Source: an uncultured Staphylococcaceae bacterium (lineage in GTDB: Bacteria; Bacillota_I; Bacilli_A; ML615J-28; CAG-313). Taken from it: DNA of 64,000 bases. A program made the position numbers and the translations under genes. Of the stretch, positions 20,702 through 30,985 are shown one piece after another. The stretch lies in NCBI GenBank assembly GCA_964384805.1, contig CAYLLO010000003.1:554-64553 (forward strand), in the 5' to 3' direction. The notes beneath the pieces were generated by a model. It did no database searches. It had not been told where the DNA came from and was given only the letters and a program-made list of their open reading frames with translations. Position 1 is the stretch's first letter. Every line of letters starts with the position of its first letter.

Positions 20702-21931
20702 CTATTTAATATTATTTTTATAACTTTTATCATATTTGAACACACGATCATCATCAATTCCTCTTTTTATTACAGTAGTTCCAAAAGTATTTTGTAAATT
20801 ACTTACTAATGAGTTAATTGATTTTTCTTTGTCCTCTTCATCTAATTTATCAAATATACTAATTTGATAAATTTCCTCTTTATAATTAATTAATTTGCTC
20901 GTCGAAACTCCTATTAATCTCATTGGCATTCCATCCTCATATACTTCATCAAACAAATCTTCTAATAATAAATACATATCTTTCGCATTATTAAGTGGAT
21001 TATTTAAAGTACGACACTTACTAATTACTTTAAAGTTACTATATTTTATTTGAAGCGTGAAAGTATATGCTTTATACTGATGTTTTTCTAAACGATAACT
21101 TACTGAATTAACCAATATTTTTAAGACACTTTTCATATTATTAATATCGTATTCATCATTATCAAAAGTTTGAGAGTTACTAATTGAAGAAGTATCATTA
21201 AAACGATTAATATCAATAACATTACTTCCTTCTCCATGAGCAAGTGCCACTAAAGATTTACTATTTGTTGGTCCTAATACTTCTTCTAAAATTTTAAAAT
21301 TAGAGTAATTGGCTAAATCTCCTACCGTTTTTATTTTTAACATTTCCATAATTGTTAAAGTTTTTTTTCCTACGCCTGGTAAAACATCAACTTTTAATGG
21401 CCATAAAAGTTTAGGAACTTCCCTTTTTCTTAAAACTGTTATACCCATAGGTTTTTTCATATCTGAGGCAATTTTAGCCAAAGACTTATTAGGGGCAATC
21501 CCAATACTACATGGCAAACCATATATTTCTTGTAAATCTTTTTGAATTTTATTCGCTAAATCAATGGCATTAATTGTCTTACAGACTTCAGTTACATCTA
21601 AATAACCTTCATCAATACTCGCTGGTTCAACAAGAGGGGTTATTTCAAAAAAATAATTGAAAAATTTTTGAGAACATTCAGAATATAATTGCATATTCGA
21701 TTCTAAAAGAATAATATTAGGACACAATCGCTGTGCTTCGGCCACACTCATCGCTGCACGAACACCAAATTTACGAGCCACATAATTAGCACTTAAAATA
21801 ATACTTTTTCGCCTACTAGCATATGGTGCTACTGCAACAGGTACTTCTCTTAATTCAGGTTTAGTTACTAACTCACAACTAACATAAAAACAATTCATAT
21901 CAATATGAAAAATAATTCTTCCTGTACCCAT
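20702..21931 (-). CDS. dinB: DNA polymerase IV (Y-family translesion polymerase)
   Basis: GRIIFHIDMNCFYVSCE catalytic start, LPG..GVGKKT motif, little-finger domain. Confidence 0.9.
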   Translation of the reverse strand: MGTGRIIFHIDMNCFYVSCELVTKPELREVPVAVAPYASRRKSIILSANYVARKFGVRAAMSVAEAQRLCPNIILLESNMQLYSECSQKFFNYFFEITPLVEPASIDEGYLDVTEVCKTINAIDLANKIQKDLQEIYGLPCSIGIAPNKSLAKIASDMKKPMGITVLRKREVPKLLWPLKVDVLPGVGKKTLTIMEMLKIKTVGDLANYSNFKILEEVLGPTNSKSLVALAHGEGSNVIDINRFNDTSSISNSQTFDNDEYDINNMKSVLKILVNSVSYRLEKHQYKAYTFTLQIKYSNFKVISKCRTLNNPLNNAKDMYLLLEDLFDEVYEDGMPMRLIGVSTSKLINYKEEIYQISIFDKLDEEDKEKSINSLVSNLQNTFGTTVIKRGIDDDRVFKYDKSYKNNIK

Positions 21932-22138
21932 TTTTAAAACCTCTTATTTTAATTATATCACATTATTAAAATAATTTAAATATTTTATAATTTTTTTATT
22001 TTTAAAAACTAACTATTAAGACATTATCATAAAATAAACACACACCTACGCAAATATTTTAATTAAATCCTTTTATTTTTTATTAAAATGTGGTATAATA
22101 AGAATACTTAATCTATTTACCAAAAAAAGGAGTTTGTT

Positions 22139-22333
22139 ATGTCTAAAATAAATACTAAAAAAGGGAATGAAAAATTTATTGAAAAACGTACTAAAGCCGA
22201 CAATTCTGTTGAATACGTAGTACATGGATCTCCTAGCAAAACTTGGTGGGGAAAAATCATAGTTGCATTAATTATTGCAGGTACCGTTTTAATTCCTTTA
22301 ATTTCTTTAATCGTCGTTTTGTTAGGTAAATAA
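22139..22333 (+). CDS. Small membrane protein (64 aa)
   Basis: Strong RBS (AAAGGAG, 7 nt before ATG). C-terminal TM helix. Followed by a perfect terminator. Confidence 0.5.
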   Translation: MSKINTKKGNEKFIEKRTKADNSVEYVVHGSPSKTWWGKIIVALIIAGTVLIPLISLIVVLLGK

Positions 22334-22348
22334 AATCAATATTAAGTT

Positions 22349-22380
22349 TTAATTAAGTACTTTTCAAGTACTTAATTTTT
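22349..22380 (+). terminator. Rho-independent terminator
   Basis: TTAAGTAC-TTTTCAA-GTACTTAA followed by TTTTTT. Confidence 0.75.
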
Positions 22381-23121
22381 TATCATCATGTAAATCGAGT
22401 AGGAGAAAATAAATAAAATGTTTTATTTATTTCCGACCTCTCACACCACCTAACGGACGGTTCCGTATGTGGTGATTTAATCTATGTATAAATGTTGAGT
22501 GTAATATTCATACATTGACACTAGTCCTTTTACGGCTAGTGTTTTATTTTGTATTAAGCCATATAATGAATGTGTCGCTGTATGTATATATCCTTTTCTT
22601 ATATTAGCTATTGACCATAAGTCTTCATTAGTCTTTATTCTTTGGCTGACTTTTCGTGTACTATAATTCGTATTTGTCTGGCTAGGGAGAATAATAAAAG
22701 CCAAATCCTAAATACTTCACTTCATTATAAAGTGCTACTTTGCTTTTATAAATGTCAAATTAAACATCTTCAGTTTGTAAAGGTTTAATTTTATCTTTTA
22801 TTCTATATGATTGACCAGTTATATTAAATAAATATGAGTAATGTAATATTCTATCTAAAATTACTCTAGTTATCATTTTTTCATTAACATTACGGGGTAA
22901 GATTAATCTCTTTCATTTCATATACTTGCCACATTTACGTTTATAGCTTGCGTATTGTTGGTAGAAAGACTTTATTATGTAATGCTAACTCATCCCAACT
23001 ATACCCGCCTAATGTGATTCGTGTTTCTCAAGTTGACCTTGTTATTGTTCAGCTAATGCTTTACTACCGCTACTGCACAAGAAACTTTCACTCTCTAGAT
23101 ATCAATCATACCCGGCACACA

Positions 23122-23152
23122 TATTAAAAAGTGGTACTTTAAATACCACCTT
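23122..23152 (-). terminator. Rho-independent terminator downstream of spo0A
   Basis: Minus strand: GGTGGTA-TTTAAAG-TACCAC followed by TTTTTAAT. Confidence 0.7.
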
Positions 23153-23977
23153 TTATGCCATTAATTTTAGTTTTTTCATTTTCTTATGTTCCAATCTTAA
23201 TCGATCAGCAATCATCGCAATAAATTCAGAATTAGTAGGTTTAGATTTATTGTAACTAATTGTATAGCTAAAAATATCACTTATCGCATCAACGTTTCCC
23301 CTTATCCAAGCCACTTCAATAGCGTGTCTAATAGCTCTTTCTACACGTGAGGCTGTTGTACAATATTTTCCTGCTATTTCTGGATATAATATTTTCGTGA
23401 TTGAACCTAATAAATCTAAATTGTGATAAACCATCGTTATTGCTTCTCGTAAATATAAATAACCTTTGATATGGGCAGGAACTCCAACTTCATGTAATAA
23501 AGTTGTTATTTCAGTATCTAAATCAATTAAAGCTTCTTCTTGATATTCGCGATTAGTTTTATTATCATTAAGGCCTAGTATTAATTGATGAAAATTATTT
23601 AAATCAATAGGTTTCATCAATACATAATCAACATTTAATTGATTAAGTTTGTTAGTAATATAATTACTTGTAAATTGTGTCATCGCAATAATTTTACTAG
23701 GTTGACAATATTTTTCCTTCCTTGTTCTTAATTCTTCAATAACTTGCATACCATCACAATAAGGCATTATTAAATCTACTAAAAGAACATCAGTTTGTGT
23801 TACTCGTAGTGCATTTAATAAACTGTTACCATCAGTATGTGTTCCAACTACTGAAACGCTATCAATATTTTTAAAATAATCTTTTATGGCTTCTAAGCGT
23901 TCTTGCGCTTCTTCCGCTACCATTACACGTATTTTTTGCATGTTTACACCCCCTACATACGATAACAATTCTACCAT
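23153..23977 (-). CDS. spo0A: Stage 0 sporulation master regulator Spo0A (REC domain + Spo0A_C DNA-binding domain)
   Basis: Receiver domain (DLIMPYCDG). Diagnostic Spo0A C-domain: [50 protein letters not shown]. True start probably at the internal [11 protein letters not shown]. Confidence 0.9.
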   Translation of the reverse strand: MVELLSYVGGVNMQKIRVMVAEEAQERLEAIKDYFKNIDSVSVVGTHTDGNSLLNALRVTQTDVLLVDLIMPYCDGMQVIEELRTRKEKYCQPSKIIAMTQFTSNYITNKLNQLNVDYVLMKPIDLNNFHQLILGLNDNKTNREYQEEALIDLDTEITTLLHEVGVPAHIKGYLYLREAITMVYHNLDLLGSITKILYPEIAGKYCTTASRVERAIRHAIEVAWIRGNVDAISDIFSYTISYNKSKPTNSEFIAMIADRLRLEHKKMKKLKLMA

Positions 23978-24096
23978 TTATTGAGACTTTGTGCAATTAT
24001 TTGAAATAGTTTTTTTTTATTTTAGGTATCTTTTTATCGAAAAACGACGATTTTCAACATAAATATTATAATTTTAAAAGCCTTTATATCTATAAA

Positions 24097-24103
24097 TGTC
24101 GAA
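24097..24103 (+). promoter_or_regulatory. Consensus Spo0A box (TGTCGAA) in the spoIVB-spo0A intergenic/promoter region
   Basis: Exact TGTCGAA heptamer about 120 nt upstream of the spo0A start. Consistent with the Spo0A autoregulation known in Bacillus and Clostridium. Confidence 0.45.
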
Positions 24104-24128
24104 ATATTTACACATATGCAAGATTAGG

Positions 24129-25226
24129 TCACTTACTGTCGTTAAGCATCCACTCTATATGAATACCATAACCAATTAATGGATCATCCACCGTTACATG
24201 AGATACAGCACCAATTATTTTATTATTTTGAATTATTGGACTTCCACTCATTCCCTGTACAATTCCACCACACTTTTCAATTAATCTAGAATCCGTAACT
24301 TTAATTTTTAACCCTTTGACATTTCTTGTATTTTGGCGATTTATTTCAATTATCTCGATATCATATTCTTGAACTTTATCATCATCTAAAACTGTCAAAA
24401 TACTAGCTTTACCTAATTTAACTTCTTCTTGTTTTCCGACTTTAATGGTTTTTTTGGTCAACATTGATCTTGAACTAATATATCCGTATATTCCCGTTGC
24501 ATTATTGACCGTTAGTTTACCTAAAATATCATTACTAATTGTCGCCCTTTTTTCTCCTGGTTCACCAGGTAAAGCCTTTTTAATAGAATCAATATTAGAT
24601 ACTAATAAGTCCCCACTAATGCTGCCAATTAATACTTTTTGATCTACAATTCCATGTCCTAAAGATGCAAATGCTTTAGTCTTAGGATTGATAAAAGTAA
24701 GAGTACCAACACCTACTAATTTATCTTTGATATATAATCCCATAGATCGTTCTTTTTGTTTAGTTTCTATAATTTCTATACTAGTATCAAATTCTTCACT
24801 ACCTCGAATAATAGTTAAAACTAACTCATTATCCATTGAATTATTTACTATTTTGGCCATTTCTTCATTAGATACTACTTTTTTATTATCTATTTCTATT
24901 ATTTTGTCTCCTACTTCAATATCACTTTTTCGCCATGGGGCTTTTTTACCATTTTTTGTATCTACTTCATACTTTCCTGCTACATAAATTCCCGTATTTA
25001 GTTTAAGTCCTATCGTTTCTCCTCCTGGTATTACTTCTACTTCTCCTGCAGCAAAAATAATATTGGTATCTAAAACAAGAATTAAAGTTACAAATAATAA
25101 TAAACCTAAAATAATTTTTTTACAAAACTTTTTAATAATTTCCCTCCTTTTGGAATAACATATTCCTTTATTATTATTGCCAAAAAGAACAAAAAAAGTA
25201 TCTTTAAATATTGGTATTAAAGACAC
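24129..25226 (-). CDS. spoIVB: SpoIVB sporulation signalling serine peptidase (PDZ + peptidase S55)
   Basis: PDZ region and S55 region (GTLTFINPKTKAFASLGHGI...GMSGSPII). Conserved recN-spoIVB-spo0A order. Confidence 0.85.
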   Translation of the reverse strand: MSLIPIFKDTFFVLFGNNNKGICYSKRREIIKKFCKKIILGLLLFVTLILVLDTNIIFAAGEVEVIPGGETIGLKLNTGIYVAGKYEVDTKNGKKAPWRKSDIEVGDKIIEIDNKKVVSNEEMAKIVNNSMDNELVLTIIRGSEEFDTSIEIIETKQKERSMGLYIKDKLVGVGTLTFINPKTKAFASLGHGIVDQKVLIGSISGDLLVSNIDSIKKALPGEPGEKRATISNDILGKLTVNNATGIYGYISSRSMLTKKTIKVGKQEEVKLGKASILTVLDDDKVQEYDIEIIEINRQNTRNVKGLKIKVTDSRLIEKCGGIVQGMSGSPIIQNNKIIGAVSHVTVDDPLIGYGIHIEWMLNDSK

Positions 25227-25238
25227 TTTTTGTAAATG

Positions 25239-26918
25239 TTATTTATAAGATTTTATCATGTCCTCAGCTAAACGTTGGGATATAATATCATTATGTTGTG
25301 AAGAAATCATTTTAGCTAATTCCTCAATCCGTTCATCATATGATAAATTTTGAATAGTCGTAAAGGTTCTCCCTTCTTTAACACCTTTATTAATATATAA
25401 ATGATAATCAGCAGCAGCTGCTACAATTGGTAAATGGGTAATTGATATGACTTGGGTATTTTTACTTATAATCTTTAATTTATCAGCCATACTTTTAGCA
25501 ACAATACCACTAACACCTGTATCTATTTCATCAAAAATAATTGTCGATAACTCTAAAGTATTTAATAAATTAACTTTAAAAGCAAGCATTACTCTTGACA
25601 TTTCACCACCTGAGGCAACTTTAGATAATTCTTTTAAAGGCTCTCCCACGTTAAAAGAGATATAAAATGATACAATATCTGCTCCATCTTGTTTAAAAAT
25701 ATCATCAGTTAATTCATCTTTAAAGATATATTCATTAAATTTAATATCTAAATTAACTTTTTCAAGATATAATGATTTTAAGGTATTTAAAATATTATTT
25801 TTTACAATTAAAGCATTTTCTTTGCGTTTATTGGTAAGTTTTAACGTAACTTCTTTTAAAATATGATAAGCATCACTAACCGCTTTTAAATCATCTTGTA
25901 AAAGGATATCATTTTTTTCAAAACTATCTATTCTAATTTTTAGTTCACGATGATAATTCAACAATTCTTCAAATGACATATGATGTTTACGCATCAATTC
26001 TTTAATAAAACTATACCGAGCATTTAAATATTCTAACCTTGCTTCATCAAACTCTAAATTATTATTTTTGGATAACAATTCTTCTTCTAATGCTTGTAAT
26101 TCGTAATATAAATTTTCACTTGTTTCATAATTTATTTGATAACTGTCTGAGTATTCTTTTAACTTAGATAAAATATGTTTAATATTATAAACTGCTTCAA
26201 CAATATTATTTGATAAAAATAAAGTTTTTATATCTGTTAAATATTTGTAAGTAGTTTCATAATTATTTAATTCTCTTATTTCTTGTTCTATACTTTCTAA
26301 TTCATTTTCCACTAACGAAGCATCATCTAATTCCTGTAATTGATATTTTAAATAATCTAAATTATCAGCTTCTTCTTTTAATTTTTTAGCTTTATTTTCA
26401 TAGTTTTTTAAAGCCTCTTTATAATTATGTAAAGCTATCTGATAATTATTTAAAATACTTAATGATTCAATATTATCAATAAAATGTACATAGTTATTAA
26501 CATCAAATAATTTTTTGGTATCTAATTGTGTATGAATATCTGCTAAATGATAAGCTATCTCTGATAGTTGACTTAAACTAACAACTGAACCATTTACGCG
26601 AACAATACTTTTACCATTGTCATTAATTTCTCGTTTTATGACAATCATACCATCATCTAAAACATCCAAACCATACTCTTCAATGATCTTCATAACTTTT
26701 TTGCCACAATCAGTAAATACACCTTCAACAATTGCTTTATTGGTGCCAAGACGAATCATTGAAGATGAGGCACGATTACCAAATAATAGACCAATAGCAT
26801 CTATAACTAACGATTTACCAGCTCCAGTTTCTCCAGTTAACACTGTAAAACCCTTATGAAAATCAATATTGATATTATCTATAATTGCGAAATTTTGTAC
26901 TGTTAGAGACGCTAACAT
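25239..26918 (-). CDS. recN: DNA repair protein RecN
   Basis: N-terminal Walker A (LTGETGAGKSLVIDAIGLLFG), long coiled coil, C-terminal ABC signature region. Confidence 0.95.
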   Translation of the reverse strand: MLASLTVQNFAIIDNINIDFHKGFTVLTGETGAGKSLVIDAIGLLFGNRASSSMIRLGTNKAIVEGVFTDCGKKVMKIIEEYGLDVLDDGMIVIKREINDNGKSIVRVNGSVVSLSQLSEIAYHLADIHTQLDTKKLFDVNNYVHFIDNIESLSILNNYQIALHNYKEALKNYENKAKKLKEEADNLDYLKYQLQELDDASLVENELESIEQEIRELNNYETTYKYLTDIKTLFLSNNIVEAVYNIKHILSKLKEYSDSYQINYETSENLYYELQALEEELLSKNNNLEFDEARLEYLNARYSFIKELMRKHHMSFEELLNYHRELKIRIDSFEKNDILLQDDLKAVSDAYHILKEVTLKLTNKRKENALIVKNNILNTLKSLYLEKVNLDIKFNEYIFKDELTDDIFKQDGADIVSFYISFNVGEPLKELSKVASGGEMSRVMLAFKVNLLNTLELSTIIFDEIDTGVSGIVAKSMADKLKIISKNTQVISITHLPIVAAAADYHLYINKGVKEGRTFTTIQNLSYDERIEELAKMISSQHNDIISQRLAEDMIKSYK

Positions 26919-26932
26919 CGTATATCACCACT

Positions 26933-28774
26933 TTACTTTTTTAATTCTTCTAATAGTTTATTATAATCTATATTATATTTTTTCTTAAGTTCATCAACTT
27001 TTCCTGTTTCTAAATATGTATCATCTAAAACTAATTGATGATATTCCCCCGTATATTTGTTATCAAATAAAAATTCTTTTACGGCACTACCTAAAGAACC
27101 AGTTTTGATAACTTGCTCATAAACAAGTATTCTTTGAGATTTTTCAATTATTTCATTTAAACAATTAAAATCATATGGTTTTATAAAACGTGCATTAATT
27201 AATCCAACACTATCTATTAGTTTTTCTTTAACGAGTAATTCATAAATATCATAAACATCACTACCATAAGTAATAACATTTATTTTATTAATTGGATTAA
27301 CAATTTCCCAAGTCCCATAATCAAAATCTCTTAAACTAGAATTAAGTAATAGCATTTTAGGATAACGTATGACAAATGGCCCATATGCTTTACTTAACCC
27401 CATATCTAATAACTTAATTGCTTCTTCAATACAAGAAGGAGCTGTAATCGTCATATTAGGTATAGATGATAAAAAAGATACATCATAAATTCCTTGATGG
27501 GTATCACCATCATCAGCTACGATACCACTACGATCAACACAAAATACTACTGGAATATTAGTTCTACCAACATCATGTAAAAGTTCATCATACGCTCTTT
27601 GTAAAAAAGTTGAATAAATAAATACCACTGGTGAAAGATTAGCCAAAGCCATGCTACTTGCTATAACAACCGCATTCTCTTCAGCAATTCCAACATCAAG
27701 AACTTTATTAGGAAAAGAATTAACATATGGTTTTAACCCAGAACCTAAAATCATAGCTGGTGATATAACATGAATTGTTTCATCTTTAACGGTTTTTTGA
27801 ATTAAATATCTTGCCAAATGTTCCCCCACAATTTGACCAGTTATATTTTTAATAATTCCTGTTTTAACATCAAACGGCAAAACACTATGCCATTTACCAT
27901 CTACATCATTTTCAGCATATTCATAGCCTTTTCCCTTAATAGTCTTAACATGAAGAATAACACTTTGTTTAGATTCTTTCGCAAAAGTTAAATAATAATT
28001 TAATTGATTAAAATCATGACCATCTATTCCTTCAAAATAACGAAATTGTAAGGCCGAAAAAATATTAGGATTAGGATAAATAAAAGATTTAATAGAACTT
28101 TTGATTCTAAAAAAGAAATTACTTAATACTTTAGGAGAAACACGACGTTTACGATTCACTCTTATTTTATTAAATACTTCGGCTAAAGCACCAACATTCT
28201 TAGATACACTCATATCATTATCATTAATAATTATTATTACTTTGTGATTTTGCTTAGTTGCTAAAAAATTCAAAGCTTCCATTGCTAAACCATTAGTAAC
28301 TGAGGCATCTCCTATTACTACCACAATATTGCCAATTGTATTATCAAATTCTTTAGCATATGTTAACCCAATAGCAGCAGAAATCGATGTTGAACTATGT
28401 CCAGCTTCAAATATGTCATGTTCACTTTCACTTTTTTTAGCAAAACCACTTATTCCTTCGAATGTACGAAGATTATGCTCATTGATTAATCTTCCTGTTA
28501 AGATTTTATGAGTATAAGTTTGATGAGAAACATCAAAAATTATTTTATCTTTAGGGCTATCAAAAACTTTATGTAAAGCAATTGTTAATTCAACTATTCC
28601 TAAATTAGAAGATAAATGTCCTCCTGTTTTACTAACAGTTTCAATTATTTGCTTTCTAATTTCTGATGCTAAATCTTTTAGCTCATTTTCACCCATATTT
28701 TTTAAATCACCAAGGTTATTTATTGGTAATTTGTCCATATTAACCCTCCTAATTTTGGAAAGGCACCTCTCCAT
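26933..28774 (-). CDS. dxs: 1-deoxy-D-xylulose-5-phosphate synthase
   Basis: TPP-binding GGHLSSNLGIVELTIALH, GDG motif, transketolase-like C-terminus. Start probably at the internal MDKLPINNL. Confidence 0.95.
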   Translation of the reverse strand: MERCLSKIRRVNMDKLPINNLGDLKNMGENELKDLASEIRKQIIETVSKTGGHLSSNLGIVELTIALHKVFDSPKDKIIFDVSHQTYTHKILTGRLINEHNLRTFEGISGFAKKSESEHDIFEAGHSSTSISAAIGLTYAKEFDNTIGNIVVVIGDASVTNGLAMEALNFLATKQNHKVIIIINDNDMSVSKNVGALAEVFNKIRVNRKRRVSPKVLSNFFFRIKSSIKSFIYPNPNIFSALQFRYFEGIDGHDFNQLNYYLTFAKESKQSVILHVKTIKGKGYEYAENDVDGKWHSVLPFDVKTGIIKNITGQIVGEHLARYLIQKTVKDETIHVISPAMILGSGLKPYVNSFPNKVLDVGIAEENAVVIASSMALANLSPVVFIYSTFLQRAYDELLHDVGRTNIPVVFCVDRSGIVADDGDTHQGIYDVSFLSSIPNMTITAPSCIEEAIKLLDMGLSKAYGPFVIRYPKMLLLNSSLRDFDYGTWEIVNPINKINVITYGSDVYDIYELLVKEKLIDSVGLINARFIKPYDFNCLNEIIEKSQRILVYEQVIKTGSLGSAVKEFLFDNKYTGEYHQLVLDDTYLETGKVDELKKKYNIDYNKLLEELKK

Positions 28775-28958
28775 TTGGTGTCATTTTTTTGACTACTACT
28801 TCTTTAGCTTCTTCCAAACGTTTTTTACATTCAGCACTAATTAGTAATCCTTGTTGATATTTTTCAACCGAATCTTCTAATGATAAATCTCCTTTTTCTA
28901 GTGCTTCAACTATTTCATTTAACTCTTTTAATAACTCTTCAAACTTTTTATTTTGCAT
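28749..28958 (-). CDS. xseB: Exodeoxyribonuclease VII small subunit
   Basis: 69 aa. FEELLKELNEIVEALEKGDLSLEDSVEKYQQG is a typical XseB. Immediately downstream of xseA. Confidence 0.8.
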   Translation of the reverse strand: MQNKKFEELLKELNEIVEALEKGDLSLEDSVEKYQQGLLISAECKKRLEEAKEVVVKKMTPNGEVPFQN

Positions 28959-28961
28959 ATT

Positions 28962-30395
28962 TTATTCCTCACTTAATTTTACTTTTTCAATATTTGTAGT
29001 TATAGTACCATCTTTCAATCGAATTTCTAAAGAATCTTTTTGACTAATATCTTTTACCGAAGAAACAACTCTCTTGTTTTGATAAACAATTGCATATCCC
29101 TTACTCATTAAATTAAGAGGATTTAAAATGATTGCTTTTTCGATTAAACTTTGAAGTTGTTTGCCTTTTAATTCTACTGAGTGAATTAATAAATCATTAA
29201 CTTTAAATATTTTATTTTCTACTTCTGAATATTTCTTAAAAATAGGTTCTAAAACTAATTCTTTACGTAATTTTTGATAATATATGTTTATTGACATTTC
29301 TCTATTATTTAAAACATTACGATAGGCCATATCTAAACGTGAATCTAAATTGTAAAGATTTTGTTCAAAAGCAAGTAAAATATTTTTAGGAGAATATCTT
29401 TCTAATGTTTGAACTTTTTCTATATATTTATTTTCATATCGTTCAAAAACATTTAAATAATTATTTAATCCATAAGATTTAATTAATTGTCCAAATATTT
29501 TTTCACTACTATTGATGATTCCATAAACTTGATTATTCATTCGTTCAATTATTGATTCAAGAGATTGAATAATATCTTTTTTCTCTTTGGTCAAAACCAT
29601 TGCTGCTCCTGTTGGTGTAGGTGCTCTAAAAGACGATACAAAATCACAAATTGTAAAATCTGCTTCATGACCTATAGCCGAAACCGTCGGAATTGGGGAA
29701 GCAAAAAGTGTTCTAGCAAGTATTTCATCATTAAAACATGCTAAATCTTCATAACTACCACCACCACGCCCAATAATAATAACATCAGCTTGATTATCTT
29801 TATACACTTCTTTTAAAGCTCTTACTAAATCTTTTGAGGCCTCAAGTCCTTGAACAAGGGCAGGGTATAAAATGATTTTCGCAAATGGTAAACGACGATT
29901 AAAAGTCGAAATAATATCATGAATAGCATCCCCCGTTGCGGCAGTAACAACAGCAACATTCATTGGATATTCTGGAAGAGGTAATTTATGATTTATATCA
30001 AATAAGCCTTCTTTTTGGAGTTTTTCTTTCAACTCCAAAAATTGTTGATATAATTTACCTACACCATCACGTTCAATATAATTAATTACAATGGAATAAC
30101 TTCCTCTTTTTTCATATACCTTTACTGAACCAACTACTTGAACAATAATTCCATCTTCCAATAAAAAATCAATATTCAACATTTGATAATTAAAAATCAT
30201 TGCTGAAATCACACTATATTCATCTTTTAAAGAAAAATAAGCGTGGCGTCCAGAAATTTTAAAATTCGAAATTTCACCACGCAAATAAATTTCTTGTAGA
30301 TGAATATCACTGTCAAATTTATAATTAATATAGCGATTTAAAGATGTCACACTCAAAAACTCAATATTATGAAATTTTTCTAAATCTACTCGCAT
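28962..30395 (-). CDS. xseA: Exodeoxyribonuclease VII large subunit
   Basis: N-terminal OB fold. Central GRGGGSYEDLACFNDE motif characteristic of XseA. Confidence 0.9.
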   Translation of the reverse strand: MRVDLEKFHNIEFLSVTSLNRYINYKFDSDIHLQEIYLRGEISNFKISGRHAYFSLKDEYSVISAMIFNYQMLNIDFLLEDGIIVQVVGSVKVYEKRGSYSIVINYIERDGVGKLYQQFLELKEKLQKEGLFDINHKLPLPEYPMNVAVVTAATGDAIHDIISTFNRRLPFAKIILYPALVQGLEASKDLVRALKEVYKDNQADVIIIGRGGGSYEDLACFNDEILARTLFASPIPTVSAIGHEADFTICDFVSSFRAPTPTGAAMVLTKEKKDIIQSLESIIERMNNQVYGIINSSEKIFGQLIKSYGLNNYLNVFERYENKYIEKVQTLERYSPKNILLAFEQNLYNLDSRLDMAYRNVLNNREMSINIYYQKLRKELVLEPIFKKYSEVENKIFKVNDLLIHSVELKGKQLQSLIEKAIILNPLNLMSKGYAIVYQNKRVVSSVKDISQKDSLEIRLKDGTITTNIEKVKLSEE

Positions 30396-30865
30396 TTATT
30401 TAAATATTCCTTAATATCATCTAATACACGGTTCGTAAATTTTGATTGAGCCTCATCGTCTAAATTACTATATTCTTTAGTTATTTCAATTGCTTCATCA
30501 ATGACAATACTAGCTGGTGTTTTAGTTTCTAATAATTCATATACCGCAAGTCTAATTATAGCTCTATCTACATAAGATAATCGTTCGATTGTCCATTTTT
30601 TTAAATTAACTGCAATTATTTCATCTATTTTAGATAAATTATGTTTTACACCTAAAACCAATTCTTGAACAAAAGGATTATTTTCAAGAATAAAAGCTTC
30701 AATTTCTGAATTATTTACTTCGTATTTATAATCTGGATCCATTACAAACTCAATTTTTTTTGATAAATCTTCTAATTCATTATAAGAATTATTTAAATCT
30801 AAAGAGAATAAAATTTTCATTGCGCATATACGACATACATGACGATTCATATAAAAGTCCTCCAA
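30386..30865 (-). CDS. nusB: Transcription antitermination factor NusB
   Basis: RHVCRICAMKILFSLD start and ERLSYVDRAIIRLAVYEL core; about 140 aa from MNRH. Positioned upstream of xseA as in Bacillus. Confidence 0.75.
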   Translation of the reverse strand: MEDFYMNRHVCRICAMKILFSLDLNNSYNELEDLSKKIEFVMDPDYKYEVNNSEIEAFILENNPFVQELVLGVKHNLSKIDEIIAVNLKKWTIERLSYVDRAIIRLAVYELLETKTPASIVIDEAIEITKEYSNLDDEAQSKFTNRVLDDIKEYLNKCE

Positions 30866-30985
30866 TAAGGTACTCTTATTATACTATATCTTTCATTTTT
30901 TTTCAAGGAAAATCAAATATTCTTGTTTAAAATTTCTTACATACTAATAAATATTCACCTTTAAGTATTTTTATGAAAGAAAAAA

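Noticed and set aside
22430-22480. Group II intron domain V or tmRNA/RNase P in the 22.4-23.1 kb gap
   Set aside because: CCGTATGTGGTGA superficially resembles part of domain V, but the catalytic AGC triad/GAAA tetraloop context is missing. There is no GGAAAGTCC (RNase P) or tRNA-like 3' end (tmRNA) on either strand.
22477-22704. 75-aa minus-strand ORF inside the ORF-free gap
   Set aside because: No RBS, odd composition, no homology signal. Likely a chance ORF in non-coding DNA.
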